Notes under the pieces: model-generated | Database searches by the model: none | Seen by the model: only the letters and a program-made list of their open reading frames with translations | What the model was told of the DNA's origin: nothing | Program-made: the position numbers and the translations under genes | Shown here: positions 35,538 through 44,866 of the stretch, in pieces | Layout of the letters: every line of letters begins with the position of its first letter | Position numbering within the stretch: the stretch's first letter is position 1 | Source: Candidatus Ozemobacteraceae bacterium | GTDB lineage: Bacteria > Muiribacteriota > Ozemobacteria > Ozemobacterales > Ozemobacteraceae | Direction of reading: 5' to 3' | Assembly: GCA_965140445.1 (NCBI GenBank) | Contig: OZ223236.1 | Location: forward strand, 928,001-992,000 | DNA: 64,000 nt

Positions 35538-37223
35538 ATGAGATTGGTTTTTGGGGTCTTTTTGGCGGTAATTATTCTTTGTTCTGGCTGTTTTAATTTA
35601 TCTCAGCCACTTTCTAGTTTTAGCGACAGCAAAAATATAGCTGTTAATCAAGATCGCGGTGCAAATGTTAGCTTTAACTTTGTTTTGCCTCCAAATATTT
35701 CTTCTGCTTTAAAACCTGCTACCACCTCTTCAAGCCCGCGAGCTGAAATCAGTCTTGCATTATTAAATTACGGGAATTTGACTACTCCTTTCACAATTAT
35801 TCGCAAAATCAGCGACATATCAACTTCAGGTGAAGCCGGATTTGTGTTTGAGAATGTTCCTTTGGGAACAGCTATAGCTACTTTCAAATTGGTTGGTGCA
35901 ACTAAAGATGGATTCGCTGAGTTTTCAGGCTGTGCTGATCTTGTTCCAGGCTCCAATACGATTGATTTGAACGCTAGCGGGACCAAAATGATTGAAGAGG
36001 TTTCGGCCCAAGCAATAGGGCTTCTTGCTGTTGATAGTGTTGTGGCTTCAAAGATGCCTGCAAATATGGCGGGAAAGATGAAAGCGATTATTTTGAGCTC
36101 AAATCAAACTATTGCAAGCGATGCGTATCAAGTCAGCGCTTCGTTAAAAACTCAAATTCAGCAGACCAAGATAGTTAAAGCCGTAGGTGGAGATGTTCAC
36201 GGGGTTGCACTAAGGTCAGATGGAACCCTGTTTAGTTGGGGGCAAAATCTTTCGGGACAGTTGGGAATCTATGGCCTAAGTGAGCAGCAAAGACCTGTTC
36301 CATTAAAGAGTTTGTATGATTGCACTGACATAAGCGCAGGAACTGACTATTGTCTTGCTGTAAACAGTTCAGGGAAAGTTTACGGCTGGGGAAATAACGA
36401 AAACGGCAGGGTTTCAGGTTCAGCTGAAAGTATGTTTGTTTTTCCCACAGAAATCTCTGGATTATCAAATATAGCGACTATTTCAGCTGGTTATACCCAT
36501 AATCTTGCCATCGACTCGTCCGGGCAGGTTTGGGCCTGGGGAAAAAACGATAAAGGCCAGTTGGGCCGAGCGACGCAAACGGAAAAAGAAACTCCAGGCA
36601 TGATTTCTGGAATGAATTCTGTTAAAGCGGTTTGTGTTGGAGAAGGTTTTAGTCTTGCTGTTAAAACTGACGGAACCGTTTGGGGCTGGGGAGATAATAA
36701 TTATTTTCAGCTTGGAACCTCAACAGGATTAATATATTCAACGCCAGTTAAAATCGAAGGCCTGGCAAATGTTCGTGAAGTTGTTTGTGGGTCTGGCCAT
36801 AGTATCGCATTGCTTGGGGATGGAAGCCTGTATAGCTGGGGGCAAAATGCTTTTGGTCAGACGGGTCTTGGGCTCGGAGATCCATTTGTAGTGGTGCCGC
36901 AAAAGATTTCGCAACTATCTGATATATCTAAGGTTTCAGCTGGGCAATTCCATTGTTTAGCGGTCAAAACTGATGGAACTGTTTATTCCTGGGGTAGAAA
37001 TAACAGCTTGCAGTTAGGGGTTGCCAGCATTGAGCAATTAACTATTCCTCAGCAGATCGCCGGGGTTGTATCGGTTGTGGATGCCTATTCTGGAGCAGAA
37101 TTTAGTTTTCTTAAATTCCAGGATTCCACTTTTAAATCCTTTGGAAACAATGATGGCTATCAATTGGGCGTTGGCGTTAATGGCGATCTCTCAACTCCCC
37201 GTGAAATGACGTTTACCTGGTAG
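35538..37223 (+). CDS. Lipoprotein with RCC1-repeat beta-propeller
   Basis: Lipobox CSG-C and about seven repeats of aG..HslAl..DGtvwsWG.N..GQLG. Confidence 0.9.
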   Translation: MRLVFGVFLAVIILCSGCFNLSQPLSSFSDSKNIAVNQDRGANVSFNFVLPPNISSALKPATTSSSPRAEISLALLNYGNLTTPFTIIRKISDISTSGEAGFVFENVPLGTAIATFKLVGATKDGFAEFSGCADLVPGSNTIDLNASGTKMIEEVSAQAIGLLAVDSVVASKMPANMAGKMKAIILSSNQTIASDAYQVSASLKTQIQQTKIVKAVGGDVHGVALRSDGTLFSWGQNLSGQLGIYGLSEQQRPVPLKSLYDCTDISAGTDYCLAVNSSGKVYGWGNNENGRVSGSAESMFVFPTEISGLSNIATISAGYTHNLAIDSSGQVWAWGKNDKGQLGRATQTEKETPGMISGMNSVKAVCVGEGFSLAVKTDGTVWGWGDNNYFQLGTSTGLIYSTPVKIEGLANVREVVCGSGHSIALLGDGSLYSWGQNAFGQTGLGLGDPFVVVPQKISQLSDISKVSAGQFHCLAVKTDGTVYSWGRNNSLQLGVASIEQLTIPQQIAGVVSVVDAYSGAEFSFLKFQDSTFKSFGNNDGYQLGVGVNGDLSTPREMTFTW

Positions 37224-37329
37224 AATCGGCCGATTGGTAATTTTCAAACAATACTGAATGGGCTGTTTGAATAAATTCTTGCAAACTGTTATTATTCAAA
37301 CCTGAAAAATAACAGGGGTGTGGGAGTTT

Positions 37330-39063
37330 ATGGGCAAAGGTTTCAAGTTTCCGTGGGTTGTACTCTTAACAGTAATTTCCATCTTTGCAGCGCTTTATAT
37401 TGGGTTTAAAGGCCTTGAAGTGAGTGCCATGGAAATCTGGTACAGGCGGCTGACATTTTACTTTTTGCTTCTCGCTACAGGTCTTTGGTTTCAAAAGATT
37501 TTGCCAGAGAAGATTTCCATAGAGAAACTCAAAGCACAATTAAAAAGGCATTTGCCTGCACTTTTGATTGCGCTGGTTATTGTTAGTGCAGGGACAATGG
37601 CTTGCACACCTGATTACAGAATTCTTGCCGATGAGATAAATCTTCTTGGCATGTCCATGGGCATGTACGATGAGCATCAAACTTATAATCCTATCCAGGT
37701 TTTATATTATTTCCACGGCATGAAGCGAACAATAGAACGCCAGATAGACATGCGGCCTGGTTTTTTCCCATTCCTTGTTTCGCTTGTTCATTCTGCTTCT
37801 GGATATAGGCCCTCAAATGGTTTTGTGGTTAATTTTTTTGCCGCATTTTTGATTTTGATTGTTTCATACTTATTGGTAAACCGTTGGTTTGGACGATTCT
37901 GGGGAATTTCCATGATGCTTTTCATCGCGGCCTTTCCTTTGTTTATCCTTTATTACAATTCCTGTGGTTTTGAAACGGTGAATCTGCTTTTTATTCTGCT
38001 TTGCGTTTTGTTGTTGGATACCTACTTCAGAAACCCCGATGCGTCAAATGCGGAAAAAGTATTTCTTATTTTGCCTTTACTTGCTCAGACCCGTTATGAA
38101 TCTGCTTTGAGCGTATTTGCGGTTATACCACTGGTTTTGTTTAAATTGCCACTTAAAGAGTTTTACAATTTTTCATTTCGACTGGTGCTCATTCCTTTGT
38201 TGTTTATTCCCGCAGCCTGGTTGCGAATAGTAACTTTTAGCAGCAGGGCATTTCAGGTCGATTCTGTAGAAAAGGCTTTTGGGTTTGATCTTTTTGTGAA
38301 AAATTTAAAGAAAGCCATTCCTTTCTTTTTTGGCAAAGCACGCGAGTATGGAATGGTAACCATTTTTGCTTATCTTGCATTGGCTGGTTTATGTTGGTTG
38401 CTTTGGGATATATTCAGTCGCCGAGATGGAGGCGAAAACCGCCCTTACGCGCTTGGAGCGTCCATTCTGGGCTTAACTCTTTTGCATGCATTTGCTCGTT
38501 TCTATTATTTCTGGGGAAATATGACGCTTCAGTATACTTCCAGGCTTGGGCTGGTGTTTGTACCTCTTTTGGCTTTTTTAGCCCTGTATTTTTTGAGGAA
38601 AATTGTCCGCGCTGGTTTGGTTGCTAAAAATTGGATTCCAGTTGCTGCGATACTTCTTGCTTTGCATGGATGGCCTGTGGCAGGGCAGAATCTTGCAGTG
38701 AGAGATATTTTCTTTTTTAGAGAATTTAAATCTGTAAGTGAATTTCTTGAAAGGAATTATCCAGATAAAAAAAACTACATATTAGTAACGGACCTCTCCA
38801 ACCTCTATGTACCGTTTAGATATAGTTCAGTGAATTGCCACTTTATAAATACCAACAAAGAAGACTTTTTGGGGCAGCTTAGAAGAAAAACTTATGAGAA
38901 AGCTATTATTGTCCAAAAGTTTCGGCTAACTGATGATAATGCTACTTTGAACAACAGCATTGATGAATCTTTTAAAATGAAAAAGGTATATGAAACTCAG
39001 ATGCATTCAGGAGAATATTTAAGGATCTCCGAATTACGCATTGAAGATCAGCCTGAAAAGTAG
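37330..39063 (+). CDS. Polytopic GT-C-type (PMT/ArnT-like) glycosyltransferase
   Basis: More than ten TM segments, DE motif in the first external loop (ILADEI), RPGFFPFL, TRYE, SRL. Confidence 0.6.
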   Translation: MGKGFKFPWVVLLTVISIFAALYIGFKGLEVSAMEIWYRRLTFYFLLLATGLWFQKILPEKISIEKLKAQLKRHLPALLIALVIVSAGTMACTPDYRILADEINLLGMSMGMYDEHQTYNPIQVLYYFHGMKRTIERQIDMRPGFFPFLVSLVHSASGYRPSNGFVVNFFAAFLILIVSYLLVNRWFGRFWGISMMLFIAAFPLFILYYNSCGFETVNLLFILLCVLLLDTYFRNPDASNAEKVFLILPLLAQTRYESALSVFAVIPLVLFKLPLKEFYNFSFRLVLIPLLFIPAAWLRIVTFSSRAFQVDSVEKAFGFDLFVKNLKKAIPFFFGKAREYGMVTIFAYLALAGLCWLLWDIFSRRDGGENRPYALGASILGLTLLHAFARFYYFWGNMTLQYTSRLGLVFVPLLAFLALYFLRKIVRAGLVAKNWIPVAAILLALHGWPVAGQNLAVRDIFFFREFKSVSEFLERNYPDKKNYILVTDLSNLYVPFRYSSVNCHFINTNKEDFLGQLRRKTYEKAIIVQKFRLTDDNATLNNSIDESFKMKKVYETQMHSGEYLRISELRIEDQPEK

Positions 39064-39210
39064 AATTAAAAACGAAAGTAGATTGTGGCAGGCAAGTGGC
39101 TGTTTGATCTGGTAGCAAATTAAAACCGTTTCCAGTGCTTGTTTGTCAGCTAAATGTTTTATAACTTCATTGTTGATTAAATTTCCTCTCTGTGCTATCC
39201 TACGGGGTAC

Positions 39211-39263
39211 GTCCCTGCTCTGCCCCTTAAAGTGGGCCGGGCCAAATTTATCCGAAGGGAGGT
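39211..39263 (+). promoter_or_regulatory. S6:S18-binding ribosomal protein leader upstream of rpsF
   Basis: TCCCT can pair with AGGGA of the RBS, there is an inner GC hairpin, and the characteristic CCG lies just 5' of the RBS helix (..TATCCGAAGGGAGG). Confidence 0.75.
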
Positions 39264-39271
39264 TTTCAATA

Positions 39272-39559
39272 GTGAAACCTTATGAAACTTTGTTCTTTAC
39301 TGAACCCGATCTCGAGGATGCAGTATTTGAAGGCTTAATTACCAAGGTAGAAGCAGCTATCACCAAAAATGGTGGACAGATCGAAAAAATCGATCGTTGG
39401 GGCAAGCGCCCATTAGCATACGAAGTTGACAAGTTCAGAGAAGGCAATTATGTGCTTGTAAACTTTAAGGCTTCTGGAACAGATTTGAAAGAACTCGAAA
39501 GAACTTTCTTGATCAACCAGAACATCCTTCGCTTCATGACAACTAGTCGTCCCGCTTAA
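39272..39559 (+). CDS. rpsF: 30S ribosomal protein S6
   Basis: MKPYETLF, WGKRPLAYEV, ILRFM. GTG start after GGGAGG. Confidence 0.95.
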   Translation: MKPYETLFFTEPDLEDAVFEGLITKVEAAITKNGGQIEKIDRWGKRPLAYEVDKFREGNYVLVNFKASGTDLKELERTFLINQNILRFMTTSRPA

Positions 39560-39573
39560 GAGGGATTAGTTAA

Positions 39574-39993
39574 ATGGCAGGATCTCTTAACAAAGTATTC
39601 CTCGTAGGTAATCTTACCCGCGACCCGGAACTGCGCTTTACCGCTCAGGGAACAGCTGTTGCTAATTTTAGCATAGCAGTTAACCGAAGCTATAAAGCTA
39701 ATGATGGCGAATATAAAAAAGAAGTTAGCTTCTTTAATATCGTTGTCTGGGGAAAAACAGGGGAAAACTGTTCCAAATTTCTATCGAAAGGTAGATCTGT
39801 GCTTGTTGAAGGCAGACTTCAGAATAGAAGTTATGAAACTCAAGAAGGACAGAAAAGAACTATCACTGAAATCGTTGCTGATAACGTCCAGTTCCTTGGT
39901 GGAAAAGGCGATGCCAGCGAGGGTGGAGTAAGTGATTATGGCGCAGTTGATTCTTATGAAGGCGACAAAGACGACGATCAGGTTCCATTCTAG
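39574..39993 (+). CDS. ssb: Single-stranded DNA-binding protein
   Basis: LNKVFLVGNLTRDPELRFT and C-terminal DDDQVPF. Confidence 0.97.
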   Translation: MAGSLNKVFLVGNLTRDPELRFTAQGTAVANFSIAVNRSYKANDGEYKKEVSFFNIVVWGKTGENCSKFLSKGRSVLVEGRLQNRSYETQEGQKRTITEIVADNVQFLGGKGDASEGGVSDYGAVDSYEGDKDDDQVPF

Positions 39994-40030
39994 ACCTGGT
40001 CAATTATGACGAAATATTTCGGAGGAAAAA

Positions 40031-40258
40031 ATGGCTGAATTTAAAAGACATAGACATAGAAAAGTATGTCATTTCTGTAAAGATAAAGTTGAATTTATTG
40101 ATTATAAAGATGTTTCTCGCTTGAGAAGATACATCAACGATCGCGGCAAGATCATCAGCAGAAGATCTACTGGCACTTGCTGTGCTCATCAGAAGAACCT
40201 TACAACTGCAATCAAAAGAGCTAGAAACGTAGCATTGCTTCCGTTCACAAGCCTCTAA
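40031..40258 (+). CDS. rpsR: 30S ribosomal protein S18 (Zn-binding form)
   Basis: [31 protein letters not shown]. Confidence 0.97.
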   Translation: MAEFKRHRHRKVCHFCKDKVEFIDYKDVSRLRRYINDRGKIISRRSTGTCCAHQKNLTTAIKRARNVALLPFTSL

Positions 40259-40297
40259 AATTGAAGTAACTAATTCATCGAAAGAAGAAAAAGCTGA

Positions 40298-41299
40298 ATG
40301 ATTAAGACTGTTGGGCAGAGAACAATTGGTCTCTTATTCATGATCTTATTGACCATGAATGGACTTTTTGCTGTCAGTCAATTGTCTTTAGCTGGAGCCG
40401 TGGTTCTTTCCGTGGCAAGTTTACCTGCCTTTCTGGTTATTCTTGCGTGGGGAGGAGTTTGGTTCGCGCTTTACGGAGCTATTACAATGCTTCTAACTGG
40501 CGTTCTTGGCAGCTCAGCATTGGCTTTTCTTCTTATTCCGATGGTTATAGTTCCGGTAAGTGCTCTTTTTTCGGCCTTAAAGATGGGTTTCTCACCAATG
40601 AGATCCATAGCAATAACACTTTTGATTTCCACTGTTGTGTCAGTAGGTATCTGGAGTGTTGGAGTTGGCCTGGGACAAGAGTGGGCTGGTTTGAAACCAT
40701 TTCGCCAGTTTTTTACCGATGGGTATGTATGGTTTGAACAGCAGATAGATATGGTTCAGGAAAAGAAGCTTGAGACTGTTGAAAACATTGATATTGCCAG
40801 AAAGAACCTAAAATTCATTTTGGAACATACAATGCTTTTGATTCCAATAACCTTAATCTTCTTATGGCACCTTGTGTCTACTGGGCTTATTTACTATGGC
40901 GCGCAAAAATTTACTTTTCACGGATGTAAAATCGAATCGCTTCCACCTTTTGCAAGTTGGAGATTTGATTGGCAACTTGTCTGGCTGTTTATAGCCGGGT
41001 TTGTTCTTTACTATGGCCTTGGTGGGATTGAAACACTTCCTTTCAAAGATGTAGTGAAGATGGTGGGAGCAAATTGTCTGGCAATCAGTAAGATTCTTTA
41101 TTTTATTGCCGGAGCTTCATTGCTGTTCTTTATGTTTGATAAATATAAGATAGGTTCACTTTCAAGAGTGGGTCTGTCATGCCTCGCGCTGGTATTAACT
41201 CAGGCGGTTGTTTGGTTCGGCATCATTGATGTCTGGGCTGATTTCAGAACCCCAAGACCAGCGCTGTTCTCCACGGATGATTCCGAGGATGATTTCTAG
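40298..41299 (+). CDS. YybS/DUF2232 family membrane protein
   Basis: Polytopic; LPPFASWR and GIIDVWADFR; position between rpsR and rplI. Confidence 0.85.
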   Translation: MIKTVGQRTIGLLFMILLTMNGLFAVSQLSLAGAVVLSVASLPAFLVILAWGGVWFALYGAITMLLTGVLGSSALAFLLIPMVIVPVSALFSALKMGFSPMRSIAITLLISTVVSVGIWSVGVGLGQEWAGLKPFRQFFTDGYVWFEQQIDMVQEKKLETVENIDIARKNLKFILEHTMLLIPITLIFLWHLVSTGLIYYGAQKFTFHGCKIESLPPFASWRFDWQLVWLFIAGFVLYYGLGGIETLPFKDVVKMVGANCLAISKILYFIAGASLLFFMFDKYKIGSLSRVGLSCLALVLTQAVVWFGIIDVWADFRTPRPALFSTDDSEDDF

Positions 41300-41326
41300 A
41301 CCCTTGAAATTTGCTAGGAGGAAGTA

Positions 41327-41776
41327 ATGGAAGTCCTTTTGATTAATAATGTTCCACGAGTTGGTATAAAAGGCCAGGTACTCAAAGTAACTGAAGGTTA
41401 CGCCAGGAATTTTCTTTTCCCAAGAAACTTTGCTATACCAGCAACAAGTGGTGCAAAAAGACACCTTGAGCTCATGAAGACTTCATGGGAAAAACAGGTT
41501 CAAAAAGAAAAAGAAGCTGCCAAAGCTATGGCTGGAAAAATCGAAGGTATGATTCTCAAGCTTACCAAAAAAGCTGGAGACAATGGACGCCTTTTCGGTT
41601 CAGTTACAAGCAATGAACTTGCTGAAGCAATCAGCAAACAGGCTGGCGTTGATATTGATAAGAAACTTGTTGTTGCCGACCACATCAAAGAAGTTGGCGA
41701 ACATGCAATCACTATTCGTTTCTCAGGCGAAGTTAAAGCTGCTGTAAAAGTAGTTGTTACTCCAGTAGAAGAATAG
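41327..41776 (+). CDS. rplI: 50S ribosomal protein L9
   Basis: GYARNFLFPR and GRLFGSVT. Confidence 0.97.
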   Translation: MEVLLINNVPRVGIKGQVLKVTEGYARNFLFPRNFAIPATSGAKRHLELMKTSWEKQVQKEKEAAKAMAGKIEGMILKLTKKAGDNGRLFGSVTSNELAEAISKQAGVDIDKKLVVADHIKEVGEHAITIRFSGEVKAAVKVVVTPVEE

Positions 41777-41806
41777 TTTTCTTTTTTACCTTCACAGGTT
41801 AAAATG

Positions 41807-41838
41807 TGGTGGGCGAAATTTTTCGCCCACCATTTTTT
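41807..41838 (+). terminator. Intrinsic terminator after rplI
   Basis: TGGTGGGCGAAA...TTTCGCCCACCA followed by a T-run. Confidence 0.85.
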
Positions 41839-41877
41839 CTTTTATCGTTTTTGTTGTATAGCACCGGGAGATAAAGC

Positions 41878-43227
41878 ATGTCAGACGTTTTTCAAAAAAT
41901 ACCACCACATAATATGGAAGCTGAGCAAAGTTTACTTGGCGCTATGATGCTAAGTGACGAAGCTGTTGTTCAGGCAATGGAAATCGTCGAAGATCAGGAT
42001 TTTTATCAGGCTGGTCACAGAGGGATTTTTCAGGCGCTTATTGACTTGTTTAATGCTTCAAGGCCGTGCGATCCCGTTACGCTCCAGGAAGAACTTCGTT
42101 CAAAAGATAAGTTAGCTGAAGTCGGTGGAGCTACTTATCTGTCGCAGTTGTTAAATGCTGTTCCAACAGCAGCTAATGCTGAACATTATGCCAAAATTGT
42201 AAAAGAGAAGTCCTTATTGCGAAAGCTGATAACTGTTTCTGGTGAAATAAGCGCAGGATCTTTTGACCCACAAGCTTCACCAGAAGAGCTTATTGATGAA
42301 GCTGAACGAAAAGTCCTTCAGCTTAGCCAGTTTAGAATTACCAGACCATATCACAAGGTAAAAGATATTGTTGGTGAAGTATTTGATCACCTGGAGCAGC
42401 TTTTTGCCAACAGACAGGCTGTTACCGGTATCCCAAGTGGGTTTACCCGTCTTGATGAATACACGGCTGGTTTTCAACCTTCTGATCTAATCATTCTTGC
42501 TGCCCGTCCTTCAATGGGTAAGACGGCTTTTTGTTTGAATATTGCTCAAAACGCTGCTTATGCAACCAAAAAAGCGGTAATGATGTTTTCCCTGGAAATG
42601 TCACATACCCAGCTTGTAACAAGACTTTTATGCTCTGAAGCTAGAATTGACGGACAAAAAGTTAGAAGAGGTTATCTAAGCAAAGAGGATTGGGCCAAAC
42701 TGACTTTAACCGCCGGCGTTCTCGAAGAAACTCCAATTTTGATTGATGATTCACCCAACGCCACCCTCTTGGAAATTAGAAGTAAAGCTCGTAGAGCATA
42801 TGCGCAGGAAAAATTAGGCATGATAATTATTGATTATCTGCAGCTTATTACCTATTCACAAGGTGGAAAGACGGAGAGTCGCCAGCAGGAAGTTTCGGCT
42901 ATTTCAAGAAGCTTGAAGAGTCTGGCAAGAGAGTTAAATGTTCCTGTTGTTTGTTTATCCCAGTTGTCACGCGCTGTTGAATCAAGAACGGACAAGCGCC
43001 CCATGCTGTCAGATCTACGTGAGTCAGGAGCTATCGAACAGGATGCCGATGTTGTTATGTTTCTTTATCGAGATAGCTACTATAACCCTAAGAGTGAAGA
43101 AAGCAAGGGCAAGGGCGAAGTAATTATTGCAAAGCAGAGAAATGGCCCTGTTGGAAGCATTGAATTGGCTTTTTGTGCCGATTATGCAAAATTTGAAAAC
43201 CTTGAAACTTTCAGAACGGAAGACTAG
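41878..43227 (+). CDS. dnaB: Replicative DNA helicase
   Basis: PPHNMEAEQSLLG, AARPSMGKTAF, IIDYLQL, LSQLSR, SDLRESGAIEQDAD, KQRNGP. No intein. Confidence 0.97.
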   Translation: MSDVFQKIPPHNMEAEQSLLGAMMLSDEAVVQAMEIVEDQDFYQAGHRGIFQALIDLFNASRPCDPVTLQEELRSKDKLAEVGGATYLSQLLNAVPTAANAEHYAKIVKEKSLLRKLITVSGEISAGSFDPQASPEELIDEAERKVLQLSQFRITRPYHKVKDIVGEVFDHLEQLFANRQAVTGIPSGFTRLDEYTAGFQPSDLIILAARPSMGKTAFCLNIAQNAAYATKKAVMMFSLEMSHTQLVTRLLCSEARIDGQKVRRGYLSKEDWAKLTLTAGVLEETPILIDDSPNATLLEIRSKARRAYAQEKLGMIIIDYLQLITYSQGGKTESRQQEVSAISRSLKSLARELNVPVVCLSQLSRAVESRTDKRPMLSDLRESGAIEQDADVVMFLYRDSYYNPKSEESKGKGEVIIAKQRNGPVGSIELAFCADYAKFENLETFRTED

Positions 43228-43236
43228 TTAAACCAC

Positions 43237-43857
43237 ATGGAAACAATAATTTCGTTTGATTGGCGTTTATTTGAACTATTTAATTCGCAGTTGACATGCG
43301 GTTTTTTGGATTGGTTAATGCCATTTATAACTAATGCCAAAACCTGGATGCCAATAATCATTCTTGTCTGGTTGGGATTAATTCTATCAGGCTCAAAAAA
43401 GTTTCGGGTTCTGGCATTGCTTCTTCTTGTTGGTGTGGGTGCAAATGATCTAATTTGTGCTAGGGTTTTGAAAAAGGGTGTTGGGCGCACCCGTCCTTGT
43501 TCAGTTGAACCAGGTCAAGGTTTGAAATGCCGATTACTTCTTCCCAAAAAGGGAAGCAAGTCTTTTCCATCTAATCATGCATCAAATACCGCTGCGTTTG
43601 CGGCTGTTATTGTGTTTTATCTGGGATTCAAGGCCGGATTGCCATTTTTGATTTTGTCTCTTATCGTAGGGTATTCGAGAGTCTACGTGGGGGTACATTT
43701 CCCATTTGATGTAATGGCTGGCTGGCTAATTGGTCTTTCAATAGGGTGGGGCGCTGTTTTTCACGCAAAGATTCTTTTTCCACAAATGTTTGAACCCCAG
43801 GACCTATCTTTGGAAAAAGAAATTGAAGGTGCCGAAAAAGAAGTTACAAAAGGCTGA
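43237..43857 (+). CDS. PAP2-family membrane phosphatase
   Basis: K..VGRTRP, SFPSNH, SRVYVGVHFPFDV. Confidence 0.9.
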   Translation: METIISFDWRLFELFNSQLTCGFLDWLMPFITNAKTWMPIIILVWLGLILSGSKKFRVLALLLLVGVGANDLICARVLKKGVGRTRPCSVEPGQGLKCRLLLPKKGSKSFPSNHASNTAAFAAVIVFYLGFKAGLPFLILSLIVGYSRVYVGVHFPFDVMAGWLIGLSIGWGAVFHAKILFPQMFEPQDLSLEKEIEGAEKEVTKG

Positions 43858-44866
43858 TCCCATTGTTTTGAAGCTCTTTCAGTATTGAATTGTTATTTTC
43901 AGCGATCATTTCTATGGAAAGTGCAATTATATTGCTCTTTTTTGCAATCTCAGGCTCTATTTTGACAAGATCTTTTTCTGTGCAGATTAGCTGAAGATTG
44001 CTGTTATTAGCCTCGAAAGCCAGTTCTTGAATCTCTTTACTGCTGAACCTGTGATGGTCTCTAAAAATCTTTTTGCTCTTTATCTCAATTCCCAGAGTTT
44101 CAAGCTGTTTAAAAAAACTTTCGGGTCTACCAATGGCAGCAAACGCTAAAACCGGTTTACATATTTTTTCGATGCTGATTTTAGTATTTTCACTATTTAC
44201 AAAATTATTGGAAGTTGTTTTAAGTTTAATTATTGGAGCGGTTGGGTGTCTTTCGGATAACCAGTTACACCAAAATTGAATCTGGTTGTCGGTGGCAAGT
44301 TCTGTACGAGTTAACAATATTGCAGTTGCATTTGCTATTCTGTATTCTGGTTCGCGCATTCTCCCAGCTGGTATCAGTCTTGCTTCTTCCTGGTCTGCCA
44401 GCGCATCCCATAACAGAAGGTTTATATCTTTATAAATACGCCTGTACTGAAATCCATCGTCCAAAAGAATTAGCTCCGGATTAAATTGCTTCTCGGCTAA
44501 AAAAGCCGAATGGTGGCGGTTTTTACCAATTAGCACAGGCACTTTTGGGAATTTTTTGTGAAGCAAAACGGCTTCATCCGTCATTTCTGCTGGAGCTACT
44601 GAATCTGGCTCAATGATGTATGAACTTCTTTCCCATGGGGATCTGTAACCACGGCTCAAAACACATACTTTTCTCTCGCCAAGGGATTCTAAAAGTGAAA
44701 ACAAAACTGGCGTTTTTCCAGTTCCCCCCATGGTCAGGTTCCCGACCGAAATGACTTTTGCCTTTGGACGGCGTTTCAAAAAGGAGAAAAAATCAAAAAA
44801 TAGCCGCTCGGTAGTGGTTAATGCGAAGTATACCTTTTGCAATAACTTAAGAATGGTTTCTTTCAT
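43844..44866 (-). CDS. lpxK: Tetraacyldisaccharide 4'-kinase
   Basis: VISVGNLTMGGTGKTP, LSRGY, LLDDGFQ, PAGRMRE, FRDHH, TEKDLVK. Confidence 0.93.
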   Translation of the reverse strand: MKETILKLLQKVYFALTTTERLFFDFFSFLKRRPKAKVISVGNLTMGGTGKTPVLFSLLESLGERKVCVLSRGYRSPWERSSYIIEPDSVAPAEMTDEAVLLHKKFPKVPVLIGKNRHHSAFLAEKQFNPELILLDDGFQYRRIYKDINLLLWDALADQEEARLIPAGRMREPEYRIANATAILLTRTELATDNQIQFWCNWLSERHPTAPIIKLKTTSNNFVNSENTKISIEKICKPVLAFAAIGRPESFFKQLETLGIEIKSKKIFRDHHRFSSKEIQELAFEANNSNLQLICTEKDLVKIEPEIAKKSNIIALSIEMIAENNNSILKELQNNGISLL

